Assembly: GCA_965203055.1 (NCBI GenBank)
Contig: OZ241863.1
Coordinates: forward strand, 1,952,001 to 2,016,000
DNA length: 64,000 nt
Source: Spirochaetia bacterium
Lineage (GTDB): Bacteria > Spirochaetota > Spirochaetia > SZUA-6 > Bin103
Reading direction: 5' to 3'
Part shown: positions 1 through 11,105 of the stretch, piece by piece
How the letters are laid out: every line of letters starts with the position of its first letter
How positions within the stretch are numbered: the stretch's first letter is position 1
The notes under the pieces: generated by a model
Seen by the model: the letters and a program-made list of their open reading frames with translations, nothing else
Database searches by the model: none
Told to the model about the DNA's origin: nothing
Made by a program: the position numbers and the translations under genes

Positions 1-471
1 TTCGATCTCCTGGAAGCGAAGACCGACAGGATGATGGACGACCTCGGCGTCCTCAAGGGCGCCCACGCCAGAAACGCGGCAGTGGAGGAGGCTTCCACCA
101 TCGCTCGGGACCTGGGTTTGCGGCGAACGAAGACGCTGACGCGTGATGATCTGTGGGAGCTGACCGACCGCGCCGATACCACCGCGATCGACCGCGCCGA
201 TCTGCGCAGCTTCCGAAGGGCCGACCTGATCATGGAGGCGACCGACGAGGCCGGCGCACCCTGCTACGTCGCCGTTGAGATCTCCTTCACCGCCAACGGA
301 AGAGATACGACCCGGGCGCTCCGCAACGCGGAATTCCTGGCGCGATTCACGGGCCGGACGGCCTACGCCGTGGTGTCAGGCCTCCGGCGAGATGACCGAA
401 TCAACGACAGCATCGATGCCGGAGCCGTGTTCTGGCATCAGCTCGATCCCGAGATCATGGAAGTCGAGTAA
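1..471 (+). CDS. Hypothetical protein with possible PD-(D/E)XK-like C-terminal domain (5' partial)
   Basis: Frame open from base 1 (FDLLEAKTDRMMDDLG...); ADLIM...VAVEISFT resembles a nuclease-fold motif. Confidence 0.5.
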   Translation, partial: FDLLEAKTDRMMDDLGVLKGAHARNAAVEEASTIARDLGLRRTKTLTRDDLWELTDRADTTAIDRADLRSFRRADLIMEATDEAGAPCYVAVEISFTANGRDTTRALRNAEFLARFTGRTAYAVVSGLRRDDRINDSIDAGAVFWHQLDPEIMEVE

Positions 472-536
472 CTTGGTCACGGGCGATTGACGCGCCCGCA
501 GGACGATCCCATGCCCCACGGCGCGCCGTGCCGGGT

Positions 537-580
537 GCAAAGAAGAAGGGCCGCCCGAACGGGCGGCCCTTCTTCTTTGC
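537..580. terminator. Bidirectional intrinsic terminator
   Basis: Perfect 20-bp inverted repeat GCAAAGAAGAAGGGCCGCCC-GAAC-GGGCGGCCCTTCTTCTTTGC between convergent genes. Confidence 0.85.
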
Positions 581-667
581 GGCGAAACGTCAACCGCGCC
601 GGCGGCCACGTAGCCACGTAGGCCACGAAGCGCCGCCGGGCGCGGGATTCCGCGTGTGGACGGTCAG

Positions 668-2308
668 CTACTGCAACGCGGCTGCGGCGTCCATCGCCTC
701 CTGCACGGTGTCGACGAACTCCTGCGCGCCGATCGCGTCGATGCCGGCGACGTAGGCATCCCATTCCGCATCCAGATCTCGCTGGCCGGTGATGAAAGCC
801 GCGGCGTACTGCTGCACGTGGCTCTGCAGCTCGGAGCGAATCTGGGCCACGCGCTGCGCGGTCTCTTCAGGGAAGTAGAGGCCGCCGGAAGCGCCGCGCC
901 CGATCGGCACGCGCATGTCGGGAGACGGCACGTACGGAATGTACTTGTCGCTCTCCAGCACCAGGAACCGCTCGTAGCCTTCCACCTGCGTCACGTCCTG
1001 GTTGGCGGCCCAGCCGTTGAACAGGTCGAAGTGCCAGAAGATCAGCTCCATGCCCCAGGTGTCCTTGCGGGAGGTGCGCTCCCACGCGTGCGGGGCGGCC
1101 CAGTAGATGGCCGGCTGGCCGTTCAGTCCGAGCTCGCCATCTTCGGCCCAGCGCCAGTTGACCACGCCTTCGCTGTTGGTCGGCATGCCCCAGATCTGGT
1201 AGACGGTGCCCTCCTGGGTGTAGGACCAGTTGGCCATCTCCATCGCCTTGCGCGCCTGCAGATCGTTCGCCTTGTTGGTGATGGCGAACTTGCCGTCGCC
1301 CACGCCGGAGGGGAAGTAGGCCGACTGGCGCGCGCCCGCCGGACCCATCAGCGGCGGTACCGCCAGGTACTGCTGCCACAGCCCGTCGTTGCGCGGGAAC
1401 ATGCGGTTGTGACCCGCGGTGTAGGAACCGACGATGGTCGGCTCGCCGTTGGTCACCGCGCGCGCGGCCTCGATGTTCTGGGTGAAGCCCTGCGGATCGA
1501 TCAGCCCCTGCTCGAACAGGCGCCGCATGTAGGCCAGACCCTCGCGCCACTCCGGCTTGTTGGCGGCAAAGTCCACTTCCTTGTTGTGGTTGATGTACAG
1601 GTAGTTGGAGCCGTCGTTGTAGATGAACGGATTCATCAGGAAGTTGTAGGGATCCGCGTGCCAGGTGCCGGTGGCCCCGGTCAACGGAATCTCGTCCGCC
1701 AGGCCGTTGCCGTTCGGATCCTGTTCCTTGAACGCCAGCAGCACGGCTTCCAGATCATCGGTGGTGTCCGGCATCGCCATGCCCAGCTTGTCCAGCCAGG
1801 TCTGGTTGATCCACAGCTTCTGCGCCACCGAGCAGTGGTAGCACTCCTCGAAGTGCGGCAGCGAGTAGATGTTGCCGTCCGGGGCGGTGATCTCGGGCCG
1901 GAAATAGGGCTTGAACGCGAACGCGGCGAGAATGTCGGGCGCCTGGTCGATCAGCGGATTCAACGGCGTCAGGATCCCCTGCCCGCCGTAGCGCATCTGC
2001 TCGGCGTTGTTGAACGCCCCCTGCCAGAACACGTCGGGGTAGTCGCCCGAGGCCAACAGCAGGTTCTGCTTCTCGCGCCGCTCCTGGGACGGTACCGCCA
2101 CCCATTCGATCTTCACGCCGAACTTCTCTTCCATGTAGGCGGTGTACTCGTTCTCCGGCGAGTCCAGCGTGTCGATGGCCGGCCCCTGGCCGCCGAACAT
2201 GGTGATGGTCGGCACTTCTCCCGCGGCCGCCCCTTCGCCCTCGCCGGCGGCGAAGGCGAGCGTGCCGGCCAGTAGCAACACGGCCAGCGTCAAAAGAGTC
2301 TTTCTCAC
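668..2308 (-). CDS. Carbohydrate ABC transporter solute-binding protein (family 1)
   Basis: GTG at 2308 after AGGAGG; signal peptide ending FAAG; LLLASGDYPD, WINQTWLDKLG and FKEQDPNGNG motifs. Confidence 0.9.
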   Translation of the reverse strand: MRKTLLTLAVLLLAGTLAFAAGEGEGAAAGEVPTITMFGGQGPAIDTLDSPENEYTAYMEEKFGVKIEWVAVPSQERREKQNLLLASGDYPDVFWQGAFNNAEQMRYGGQGILTPLNPLIDQAPDILAAFAFKPYFRPEITAPDGNIYSLPHFEECYHCSVAQKLWINQTWLDKLGMAMPDTTDDLEAVLLAFKEQDPNGNGLADEIPLTGATGTWHADPYNFLMNPFIYNDGSNYLYINHNKEVDFAANKPEWREGLAYMRRLFEQGLIDPQGFTQNIEAARAVTNGEPTIVGSYTAGHNRMFPRNDGLWQQYLAVPPLMGPAGARQSAYFPSGVGDGKFAITNKANDLQARKAMEMANWSYTQEGTVYQIWGMPTNSEGVVNWRWAEDGELGLNGQPAIYWAAPHAWERTSRKDTWGMELIFWHFDLFNGWAANQDVTQVEGYERFLVLESDKYIPYVPSPDMRVPIGRGASGGLYFPEETAQRVAQIRSELQSHVQQYAAAFITGQRDLDAEWDAYVAGIDAIGAQEFVDTVQEAMDAAAALQ

Positions 2309-2396
2309 TTGGAAAGAACCTCCTCCTTGAAATGTTTCCGGGTGCAACGCACCGCTTTGGAAATCCTGTCTATATGTTATGTTTATAGCTGTAGCT

Positions 2397-3320
2397 CTAT
2401 CCCTTCAGCGAACCGATCATCACGCCCTTGACGAAGTGCTTCTGCGCAAACGGATAGAGCACCATCACCGGAATGCTGGCCACGACGATCAAGGCGAACT
2501 TCAGAATGTCGGCCAGGCCCTGCCGCGCGATCTCCTCGCTGGCGCGAATGGTCGCGCGCGCGGAGTCATTCAGAATCAGCACGTTGCGCAGGATGATCTG
2601 CAACGGAAACAGGTCGGTATCGTGCAGATAGATCAGCGCGTCGAAGTAGGCGTTCCAGTGTCCCACGGCGTACATCAGAATCAGCACCGCGATGATCGGC
2701 TTCGACAGCGGCAGCACCACGGCCCCCAGGAAGCGGAAGTCGCTGCAGCCGTCGATTTCGGACGCTTCCACCAGCTCGTCGGAAATGGTGGACTGGAAGA
2801 AGGTGCGCGCGATGATCACGTACCACACCGCCATCGCCTGCGGAAAGATCATCGCCAGCCGCGTGTTGAGGATGCCGACCGAGCGTACCGTCAGGTAGGT
2901 GGGAATCAAGCCGCCGTAGAACATCAGCGTGACCACCAGCGCCATCATGATGACGTTGCGCCCGTAGAAGTCGCGGCGCGACAGCGGATAGCCGAGCAGA
3001 ATGGTCAAGGTCACGTTCACCAGGGTTCCGAAGAAGGTATAGATGGCGCTGTTCTGGAACCCGGTCATGATCTGCGGGTAGGCGAACACGGTGCGGTACC
3101 CGTCGAGCGTGGGGTCGACCGGCAGCAGCCACACCTTGCCGGTGGACACCGCGTGGCCGGAACTGAACGAGGAACTGACCACGTAGATGAGCGGATAGAG
3201 CACCATGAACAGCACGATGGAGAGCGCGGTGGTGACGATGATCAGGAACACGCGGTCGCCGAACGACTCGCGGATGCGGCTGCGCGGCACGGCCGCGGCG
3301 GCGGTGGAATTCGCTACCAC
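2397..3320 (-). CDS. Carbohydrate ABC permease (MalG-like)
   Basis: TM helices; EAA loop ELVEASEIDG; C-terminal FVKGVMIGSLKG. Confidence 0.92.
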   Translation of the reverse strand: MVANSTAAAAVPRSRIRESFGDRVFLIIVTTALSIVLFMVLYPLIYVVSSSFSSGHAVSTGKVWLLPVDPTLDGYRTVFAYPQIMTGFQNSAIYTFFGTLVNVTLTILLGYPLSRRDFYGRNVIMMALVVTLMFYGGLIPTYLTVRSVGILNTRLAMIFPQAMAVWYVIIARTFFQSTISDELVEASEIDGCSDFRFLGAVVLPLSKPIIAVLILMYAVGHWNAYFDALIYLHDTDLFPLQIILRNVLILNDSARATIRASEEIARQGLADILKFALIVVASIPVMVLYPFAQKHFVKGVMIGSLKG

Positions 3321-4285
3321 AGGCTATGCTCCGAAACCCGCCGCGCGACCGCGTTGATCGTGATCAGCAGGACGAAGTTGATGACCGAGTTGAACAGCCC
3401 GACCGCGGCGCCGAAGCTGAAGCTGGCGTTGATCAACCCGATCTTGTAGACGTAGGTGGCGATCACTTCGGAATTGGGAAGATTGAGCGGATTCTGCAGC
3501 AGGAACACCTTCTCGAAGCCGAGGTTCATCACCTCCCCCGACTGCAGGATCAGCAGGATCACGATGGTCGGAAGGATGCCGGGAATGTCGATGTGGCGCA
3601 CCTTCTGCACGCGCGAGGCGCCGTCGATGCGCGCCGCCTCGTACAGCTCCGGGTTGATGCCGGCCAGCGCGGCCATGTAGATGATGGCCCCGAACCCGGC
3701 GCGCTGCCAGATGTCGGAGAACACGTAGATCCACGGGAACAGGGCCGACACGCCCATGTAGTCGGCCGGTTCCTGACCCAGCAGGCGCGCCACGCTGGCG
3801 GCGATGCCGACGCGCGGGTTCAGGAACAGGATGATCATCGACGCCATCACCACGGTCGAGATGAAGTGCGGGAAGTAGGTGACCATCTGCACCGAACGCT
3901 TGAAGAAGCCGTTGCGCACCTCGTTGAGCGCCAGCGCGAGAATGATCGGCGCGAGGAAGGCCAGGGTGAGCATCAACCCGTTGATCGCCACCACGTTGCG
4001 GATCAACGGGAAGAACTTGGGGGACTCGAAGAACAGCCGGAAGTGTTCCAGGCCCACCCACTCGCTGCCCCACACGCCGTGCACCGGCGAGAAGTCGCGG
4101 AACGCGATCTGGGCGCCGACCATCGGGACGTACTTGAAGATGACGATGTAGGTCAGCGGCAATGCCGCCATCAGGTAGTATTGCCAGTGGCGGCGAATCT
4201 TCATCCACGGCGAACTCCGTCTGGCGCGGACCCGCGTGCCGGCTGCCTCCATCCGCAAGGCGCCGGCAGTTTCGACGTTGGCCAT
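3314..4285 (-). CDS. Carbohydrate ABC permease (MalF/LplB-like)
   Basis: ELYEAARIDGASR EAA loop; PHFIS motif; overlaps next permease. Confidence 0.92.
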   Translation of the reverse strand: MANVETAGALRMEAAGTRVRARRSSPWMKIRRHWQYYLMAALPLTYIVIFKYVPMVGAQIAFRDFSPVHGVWGSEWVGLEHFRLFFESPKFFPLIRNVVAINGLMLTLAFLAPIILALALNEVRNGFFKRSVQMVTYFPHFISTVVMASMIILFLNPRVGIAASVARLLGQEPADYMGVSALFPWIYVFSDIWQRAGFGAIIYMAALAGINPELYEAARIDGASRVQKVRHIDIPGILPTIVILLILQSGEVMNLGFEKVFLLQNPLNLPNSEVIATYVYKIGLINASFSFGAAVGLFNSVINFVLLITINAVARRVSEHSLW

Positions 4286-4379
4286 CAAACCTCCGGGGAA
4301 TGGCTGGCGTGATTCCGCACCGGTTATAGACCAGCCCGCCCCGGCGTGTCCAGCGGCCCGCCGCCGGTCCGCCGGGCGG

Positions 4380-5429
4380 TCATCCGGCGCCCGGAGCGCG
4401 CAGGGTGAGCCGCCGGTGGAGGTGGCAGGCGACCAGGTGGGACTCGCCGCCGCCCGCGCCGCTCTCCTCCAGCTCCGGCGCCTCGGCCGCGCAGCGCGGC
4501 TCCCGGTAGGGGCAGCGCGGATGAAACGGGCAGCCGGACGGGCGCGCGCCGGAGGAGGGAACTTCTCCCGCCCTGACCAGGTGCAGCTTGCGCGCGGTCG
4601 GATCCGGGTTGGGCGATGCCGCCAGCAGCAGCTCGGTGTAGGGGTGCCGGGGCCGCGAGAACACCTCCCGGCGGCTGGCCAGTTCCACGATCCGGCCCAG
4701 GTACATGATCGCCACCCGCTCGCTCAGGTAGCGCACCACCGCCAGGTTGTGCGCGATGAACAGATAGCTGGTGGCGCGCTGAGCCTGCAGGCGCTTCATC
4801 AGGTTGAGGATCTGCGCCTGCACCGACACGTCCAGCGCCGACACCGGCTCGTCGGCGATCACCAGCTTCGGCTGCAGGATGAAGGCGCGCGCGAACGCCA
4901 GCCGCTGGCGCTGGCCGCCGGAAAAGGAGTGCGGGTAGCGGTTCATGTAGATCGGGTCGAGCTGCACCAGACGCAGCATCTCGGCGACCCGCTCCTGCAG
5001 CGCGGCGGCGCTGCGCGCCAACCCATTGTTGATCAGCGGCTCGCCGACGATGCGCAGCGCGGTCATGCGCGCGTTCAGCGACGCGAACGGATCCTGGAAT
5101 ACCATCCGAATCTCGCGCCGCACCCCGCGCAGCTCATCCGCCGCCAGCTTCAGTACGTCGCGCGCCCGGGCGCCGGGCTGCGCCGTGTAGAGGACCTCGC
5201 CGCCGGTCGGTTCCTCGCTGCGCACGATGCACAGCCCGGTGGTGGTCTTGCCGCAACCGCTCTCCCCCACCAGCGCCAGGGTCTCGCCCCGCGCCACCAG
5301 CAACGAAACCCCGTCCACTGCCCGCACCTCGCCGCCGCGGCGGCGCAACAGACCGGTCTCCCTGACGTACACCTTGGTGAGCCGGGACACCGCCAGCAGC
5401 GGCTGGCCGCCGCTCACGAGGCCGCTCAC
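4380..5429 (-). CDS. Oligopeptide ABC ATP-binding protein (OppF/AppF-like)
   Basis: [36 protein letters not shown] overlaps the upstream stop (GTGA). Confidence 0.9.
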   Translation of the reverse strand: MSGLVSGGQPLLAVSRLTKVYVRETGLLRRRGGEVRAVDGVSLLVARGETLALVGESGCGKTTTGLCIVRSEEPTGGEVLYTAQPGARARDVLKLAADELRGVRREIRMVFQDPFASLNARMTALRIVGEPLINNGLARSAAALQERVAEMLRLVQLDPIYMNRYPHSFSGGQRQRLAFARAFILQPKLVIADEPVSALDVSVQAQILNLMKRLQAQRATSYLFIAHNLAVVRYLSERVAIMYLGRIVELASRREVFSRPRHPYTELLLAASPNPDPTARKLHLVRAGEVPSSGARPSGCPFHPRCPYREPRCAAEAPELEESGAGGGESHLVACHLHRRLTLRAPGAG

Positions 5430-6445
5430 GAGGCCGCTCCGGGAACGCGCCGCAGGCAAGCCACCGAGTGGTTCGCGCCCGCCGCCACCGCAGCCGGCGT
5501 CCGGCGGTCGCACCGCCCGGGCGCGAATTCGTCGCAGCGGGTATGGAACGTGCAGCCGGACGGCAGGTCGTAGGGACTCGGCACCATGCCTCTGATCGGC
5601 GCCAGCGCGGCAATCGGTCCGGTAAGGCGCGGGATCGACGCCAGCAGCGCGCGTGTGTAGGGATGCTGCGGCCGCGCGAACAGCGCGCCCACCGGCGCCG
5701 TCTCCACCACCCTCCCGAGATACATCACCGCGACCCGCTCGGCCACTTCGGCGATCACCCCCAGGTCGTGGGTCACCAGGATCACCGCCATGCCCATGCT
5801 GCGCCGCATCTCCTGCATCAGGTTCAGTGCCTGCGCCTGCAGGGTCACGTCGAGTGCGGTGGTAGGCTCGTCGGCAATCAGAATGCGCGGTTCGCAAGCC
5901 ACCGCCATGGCGATCATCGCGCGCTGCCGCATGCCGCCGCTCAGGTGATGCGGATAGGCGGTCAGAATGTCGGGGTCGGTCAACCCGACTCGGTGCAGGA
6001 CCGCGGCGGCGCGCTCGGTCAGCTCCCGCCGCCGACGCCGCTTCGGAAGCCGCAGCGACTCATCCGTCATCCCGATCGCCTCCATGATCTGGTTGCCGAT
6101 GGTGTGCACCGGGCTGAAGGAGGTCATCGGTTCCTGAAAGATCATCGACAGGTCGTTGCGGCGGATGCTCTTCAGCGTCTCGCTGGCGCGCGCCTCGGCG
6201 GTGATGGTGACCATGCCGCCGGCCCGGTAATAGCGAACCGCGCCGCCGGTCACCCGCGCCGCCGGCGGCAGGATGCCGAGGATCGCCAGCGCGGTAACGC
6301 TCTTGCCGCAGCCGCTCTCGCCGATGATGCCCAGCACTTCGTCGCGGCGCAGGGCGAAGCTGACGCCGTTCACCGCCCGTACCGCGCCTTCCCTGGACGG
6401 AAAGAGCACCTGCAGGTCGTCGACTTCGAGCAGCGGCGCCGCCAA
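5426..6445 (-). CDS. Oligopeptide ABC ATP-binding protein (OppD-like)
   Basis: [24 protein letters not shown]; probable TTG start. Confidence 0.9.
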   Translation of the reverse strand: MAAPLLEVDDLQVLFPSREGAVRAVNGVSFALRRDEVLGIIGESGCGKSVTALAILGILPPAARVTGGAVRYYRAGGMVTITAEARASETLKSIRRNDLSMIFQEPMTSFSPVHTIGNQIMEAIGMTDESLRLPKRRRRRELTERAAAVLHRVGLTDPDILTAYPHHLSGGMRQRAMIAMAVACEPRILIADEPTTALDVTLQAQALNLMQEMRRSMGMAVILVTHDLGVIAEVAERVAVMYLGRVVETAPVGALFARPQHPYTRALLASIPRLTGPIAALAPIRGMVPSPYDLPSGCTFHTRCDEFAPGRCDRRTPAAVAAGANHSVACLRRVPGAAS

Positions 6446-6449
6446 CTCG

Positions 6450-7583
6450 TCACACCTTGGCGTACGGGTCGGCGGCGTCGCGCAGGCCGTCGCCGATGAA
6501 GTTGAACGCCAGGATCGCGGCCACCACGAAGAACGCCGGGATGAACAGCCACTGCGCGGCAATCAGGTTGCGCAGGTGGCGGCATTCCTGCAGCATGACC
6601 CCCCAACTGATTGCCGGCGGCTGCAGCCCGAGGCCGATGAAGCTCAGCGCGGTCTCGCCCAGGATCATCCCCGGAATGCTCAAGGTGAGCTCGGCGATGG
6701 TGTGGCTCAGGAACGAGGGCAGCAGGTAGGAGAAGATGAGCTTGGCGTCGCCGGCGTTGTCGAGCCGGGCCGCGCGGATGAACTCCTCCTGCTTGAGCGC
6801 CATGAACTTGCCGCGCACGGTGCGGCTGCCCCCGGTGACCACCCCGATCAGCGCCAGAATCACGGTGATCAGCGCGTAGCGCTGCACCACCGAGAGCTGC
6901 ACCGGGAGCGCCGCGGCCAGCGCGATCCACAGCGGCAGCGCCGGCACGCTCATGAAGGTCTCGGTGACGCGCATGATCACCTTGTCCGTGACCCCGCCGA
7001 GCAGGCCGGCGATTCCGCCGAGAAACAGGCTGGGAAAGAACCCGATCGCGATGCCGACGAACCCGATCGTCAGCGAGATGCGCGACCCGTGCACGATGCG
7101 GGAAAACAGGTCGCGGCCGAGCGAGTCCTTGCCGAGCAGGCTGAAGATCTGGCCGCCGCGCAGGCCGAACAGGTGCCGGTCGCCGGGGATCAACCCCCAC
7201 ATCCGGTAGGGCTGGCCGCGCACCAGCAGATACAGCGGTTGCCTGGTGGAGGTATCCACCGCGTAGAGGTATTCCCACGTGTCGGGGTCCACCGTCTTGA
7301 CGATGGGATGGACGAACGGGCGCAGGTGGAAGCGGCCTTCCGCGTCCACGAACCTGATCCGTTGCGGCGGCGCCAGGGTGAACTCCTCATCGTAGTAGAA
7401 CGGATCGTAAGGAGCGATGAACTCGGCGAAGATCACGCCGAGATAGAGGAAGCCGACGAACCCCAGCGAGGCGACGGCGACGCGGTGGCGCAGGAAGCGC
7501 CAGCGCATCAGTTGCCACTGCGAGGCGTAGGCGCGGCGGCCGGCGGCGGGCGCGCGGTCAGCGGGCGGCCGCCGCGCGCTCAC
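6450..7583 (-). CDS. Peptide ABC permease (OppC-like)
   Basis: LGKDSLGRDLFSR, ETALSFIGLG, GDGLRDAADP. Confidence 0.9.
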   Translation of the reverse strand: MSARRPPADRAPAAGRRAYASQWQLMRWRFLRHRVAVASLGFVGFLYLGVIFAEFIAPYDPFYYDEEFTLAPPQRIRFVDAEGRFHLRPFVHPIVKTVDPDTWEYLYAVDTSTRQPLYLLVRGQPYRMWGLIPGDRHLFGLRGGQIFSLLGKDSLGRDLFSRIVHGSRISLTIGFVGIAIGFFPSLFLGGIAGLLGGVTDKVIMRVTETFMSVPALPLWIALAAALPVQLSVVQRYALITVILALIGVVTGGSRTVRGKFMALKQEEFIRAARLDNAGDAKLIFSYLLPSFLSHTIAELTLSIPGMILGETALSFIGLGLQPPAISWGVMLQECRHLRNLIAAQWLFIPAFFVVAAILAFNFIGDGLRDAADPYAKV

Positions 7584-8569
7584 ACCGCGTCCCTGATGCG
7601 CGGATCGACGATCCCGAGCAGGATGTCGGAGAGCAGAATGCCGACCACCGTCAGCAGCAGCTCGATGAACAGGATGCTGCCGGCCAGGAACATGTCCTGC
7701 GCCATGGTGGCCTCCAGCATGATCGGCGCCAGCGTTGGCAGGCCCAGGGTAACGGAGACCATCAACTCGCCCGACATGAGGCTCGCCAGCAGCCACCCCA
7801 GGCGGACGATGAACGGGTTCAAGGCGACGCGAAACGGATACTTCAGGATCAGCCGGACCCCGCTCACGCCCTTCGCGCGGGCCACCGTCACGTACGGCTT
7901 CTCCAGCTCGTCGAGCAGGTTGGCGCGCATCACGCGCACCTGCTCGGCGGTGCCGGCGGTGGCCATGACGATGGCCGGAATCCACAGATGGTTCAGCAGA
8001 TCGAGCACCTTGGCCGGACTCCAGGGGGCGTCCAGGAACTGGTGCGACATCAGGCCGACGGTGGCGGTGCTGCCGGTAAGGGAGAACACCACCCATATCA
8101 GCACCAGGGCGAAGATGAAGTTGGGCACCGCAAGCCCGATGAAGCCGGCGAAGGTAAAGCAGTAATCGATCAGCGAGTGTTGCCGCACCGCCGAAGCGAG
8201 GCCGATCGGTATCGCCATCAGGTTGAGCAGCAGGAAGGAGATGAACGACATCAGCGCGGTCAGCGGCAGGCGTTCGGCCAGGATCACGCTGACCGGCTTG
8301 TTGTACAGCATCGAGTAGCTGAAGTCGCCGCGCAGGATGTTCCCCAGCCACAGGAAGTACTGCGCCATGAGCGGCTTGTCGAGGTCGTACTGGGCCTCCA
8401 GCGACGCGACCAGCTCCGGGGTGACTTCGAACCCGCGGTTGCGCAGCAGCGCGATCTTGGCGTCGATCACGTCGCCGGGCGGAAGCTGAATGACGACGAA
8501 CACCAGCAGGCTGCCGATGAACAGCACCGGCACCATCATCAGCAGGCGCCGCAGCACGTAGACGGTCAT
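7580..8569 (-). CDS. Peptide ABC permease (OppB-like)
   Basis: YVLRRLL, LPPGD, YVTVARAKG, DPRIR. Confidence 0.92.
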   Translation of the reverse strand: MTVYVLRRLLMMVPVLFIGSLLVFVVIQLPPGDVIDAKIALLRNRGFEVTPELVASLEAQYDLDKPLMAQYFLWLGNILRGDFSYSMLYNKPVSVILAERLPLTALMSFISFLLLNLMAIPIGLASAVRQHSLIDYCFTFAGFIGLAVPNFIFALVLIWVVFSLTGSTATVGLMSHQFLDAPWSPAKVLDLLNHLWIPAIVMATAGTAEQVRVMRANLLDELEKPYVTVARAKGVSGVRLILKYPFRVALNPFIVRLGWLLASLMSGELMVSVTLGLPTLAPIMLEATMAQDMFLAGSILFIELLLTVVGILLSDILLGIVDPRIRDAV

Positions 8570-8632
8570 CGGTCGATTCCGGGCCGGGCGGCGGGGGCGC
8601 CGGGAGGCGGGCGTCCGGCGCCGCGGCGGCCG

Positions 8633-10630
8633 TTACCGGCGCAGGAACAGCGTGTCGAAGAACAGGTAGCTGGCCTCGGCGCTGAGCGGTTCCACCGGCA
8701 CGTTGCCGACCCGGTTGTGGAAGTAGTAGAAGGCCACCTGCGGTATGTCCACCTTCGACTCCAGCGGCGAGATCGACCACAGCCCCGCGCTGAAGATCGC
8801 CACTATCTCCTGCTCGATCTGCCCGCGGCGCTCCCGGCTCAAGGTACGCGGATACTCTTCGGCCAGCTCGTACAGTCGTTTGACTCCGGCCGGCGGCTCC
8901 ACCCCCTCGGAACCGCCGCTGTGCAGCCAGCGCGCCCAGGCGGTGGTGACGTGGTAGCCCGCCGGGTTGGTCGGCACCACGTGCGGGAAGCGGGCGATGC
9001 TGAAGGAGGGAATGCCGCGCCCGATATCGACGTAGGCGACCAGCAGGTCGTAGTCGCCGGTGGTCAGCTTCTCGCCGAATACCTCGCCGGCGTAGGGCCG
9101 AATGAGAAACTCGATGCCCACCTTCTTGAGCTGCTCCTTGTAGATCTCCGACATGGCGACGTCGGTGGTCTTGTCGCTCTCGACGATGCCGAACAACTCC
9201 AGCGGCTTGCCGCTGGGGAACGTGCGCGCGGTGCGGTTGCGGTTCCAGGCCAGCCCCAGCTCGTCCAGCAGGCGGTTCGCGGCGTCGGCATCGAACTCCT
9301 TGTAGGGCTCGGAGGCGGGATGCGCCAGATCGCCCGCCACCGGAGTCTGGGACAGCGTGTATTGGCCGCGGAACAACAGGTCGTTGATTTCCTGGCCATC
9401 GATCGCCAGGGCGATGGCGCGGCGAAAGTTGACGTCGTTGTAGAGGGCGCGCCGCTCAGCCTCCTCGTGGGCGAAGTTGAAGTACACCGTGCCGTGGTAG
9501 ATGATCGGCGACATGGCGGCGTACAGCTTGAAGTCGCCCTCCTGCTCCGCCTTGCGCAACACGCTGAAGTTCTTGATGTCGCCGAAGTCCCAGTGCAGGC
9601 CAAAGTCGATCTCGCCGGCGATGCCCTGCAGCAGGTAGGCGTCGCCCCCCATCCCCATCAGCGGTACGCGAATGGTGTCCACGTAGGGAAGCTGATTGCC
9701 CGCGGCGTCCACCTTGTAGTAATAGGGATTGCGTTGAAATACGCCGAGGGTGTCGCTCTTGCGGTCCAGCTTCCAGGGGTGGATCACCGGCAGGTCGGGA
9801 TTGAAGTTGCTCCAGATCAGGAACTCCTGCCAGTACGCCATCCAGGTAGTGAAGCCGGCCTCGCGGGCCGCGCCTTCCGCCTGATCGCGGCCGGCGACGT
9901 CGGGATGGAACCGGCCCATGTAGTGCGCGGCGAGGAACGAATCGGGGAACCAGCGCATCATGTTGTTGGGGAACGTCGGGTAGGAGCCGGCGAACTGAAA
10001 CTGGAAAGTGCGGTCGTCGATCACGCGCAGCTCGGCCATCACCCCGCCGACCTTGAGGTTGCCGATGCCGTCCGGGTTGAGCTCGGGGTTGGCGGCGTCG
10101 CGGTCGAACCAGAAGCGGATGTCCTCGGTAGTGAACGGCGCGCCGTCGCTCCAGCGCAGGCGGTCGCGCAGCCGGATGGTGTAGACCGACGCGTCGCCGT
10201 TCGGTTCGTATGCCGCGAACACGTTGTTGAGCAGCGATTCGCCGTTCACCGGCACGGTGAGGCCCCACTGGCGCAGGTACTCGTCGTTGATCCAGCCGGG
10301 GTCCCCGGGAATCACCATGGTGCCGCCGTAGACGCCAATCTGCCGGGCGGGGGCGATCACGATCGGGTCGCGCGGCAGGCGGTCGCCCACCGGCGGCAGG
10401 TCGCCGGCCGCTACCATGGCCGCCAGTACCGGCGCCTCGCGGTAGTCGAGCGCGCGCCCGGTCGCGGCCTCGTACGCCGCCGGCGAGTTGTACTGGACCG
10501 GCGCGCCGGAGCCGCTGAACCAGTCCGCGGAGACGCTCACGGCAGCCGCCGCCTGAGGTTCCTCCTGCCCGGTGGCCCACAACGGAAGCCCGGCGATCAT
10601 CAGCGTCAGTCCCACCGCAAGTCGGTTCAT
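8633..10630 (-). CDS. ABC solute-binding protein family 5
   Basis: Signal peptide from ATG 10630; LRWSDGAPFTTED and RNPYYYKVDAAGNQLPY. Confidence 0.9.
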   Translation of the reverse strand: MNRLAVGLTLMIAGLPLWATGQEEPQAAAAVSVSADWFSGSGAPVQYNSPAAYEAATGRALDYREAPVLAAMVAAGDLPPVGDRLPRDPIVIAPARQIGVYGGTMVIPGDPGWINDEYLRQWGLTVPVNGESLLNNVFAAYEPNGDASVYTIRLRDRLRWSDGAPFTTEDIRFWFDRDAANPELNPDGIGNLKVGGVMAELRVIDDRTFQFQFAGSYPTFPNNMMRWFPDSFLAAHYMGRFHPDVAGRDQAEGAAREAGFTTWMAYWQEFLIWSNFNPDLPVIHPWKLDRKSDTLGVFQRNPYYYKVDAAGNQLPYVDTIRVPLMGMGGDAYLLQGIAGEIDFGLHWDFGDIKNFSVLRKAEQEGDFKLYAAMSPIIYHGTVYFNFAHEEAERRALYNDVNFRRAIALAIDGQEINDLLFRGQYTLSQTPVAGDLAHPASEPYKEFDADAANRLLDELGLAWNRNRTARTFPSGKPLELFGIVESDKTTDVAMSEIYKEQLKKVGIEFLIRPYAGEVFGEKLTTGDYDLLVAYVDIGRGIPSFSIARFPHVVPTNPAGYHVTTAWARWLHSGGSEGVEPPAGVKRLYELAEEYPRTLSRERRGQIEQEIVAIFSAGLWSISPLESKVDIPQVAFYYFHNRVGNVPVEPLSAEASYLFFDTLFLRR

Positions 10631-10700
10631 ACCTGCCTCCCCTGCCTGTCCGACAGCCGCGCCATTATCGTTCCCGCCGCCGGGCGCTGTCAAACCGCAG

Positions 10701-11105
10701 TCAGGCGCGCAACCCGCTCCACGGGGACTGCTCGTGCACTTCCTCCAGCTCGTACCCCGCGGCGCCGACGCAGGGTGCGAGAATCGCCAGCACCTTGGCC
10801 GGGCGGGCGGACACGTTGAACGAGGCATGCACCATGGCGGCAGGAATGAAGGCGGAATCGCCCGCCCGAAGCGTGCGCTGCCGGCGGTCCACCCACTGCT
10901 CGATCTCGCCGTCGAGCACGTAGATCACCTCTTCCTGGTTGGGGTGGCGGTGAAAGTTGTGGCCGCCGCCCGGATCGAGCTTCACCTCGATTACCACGAG
11001 CTGCTCGGCCGCGGTGGTCTCGGGGCGGCTGTGCCAGCCGAGCTCGAAACCCTCCATCGCGTCGCGCTGCACCTGGTCGCGCGCGAAGAACTGACCCTGA
11101 CTCAT
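10701..11105 (-). CDS. Cupin domain protein
   Basis: HNFHRHPNQEE and IPAAMVH cupin motifs; TATGGT 7 nt before ATG 11105. Confidence 0.85.
   Translation of the reverse strand: MSQGQFFARDQVQRDAMEGFELGWHSRPETTAAEQLVVIEVKLDPGGGHNFHRHPNQEEVIYVLDGEIEQWVDRRQRTLRAGDSAFIPAAMVHASFNVSARPAKVLAILAPCVGAAGYELEEVHEQSPWSGLRA

Noticed and set aside
5410..5439. 12-bp tandem repeat CCGCTCACGAGG at a gene junction
   Set aside because: A short slippage duplication that only provides an alternative in-frame GTG.
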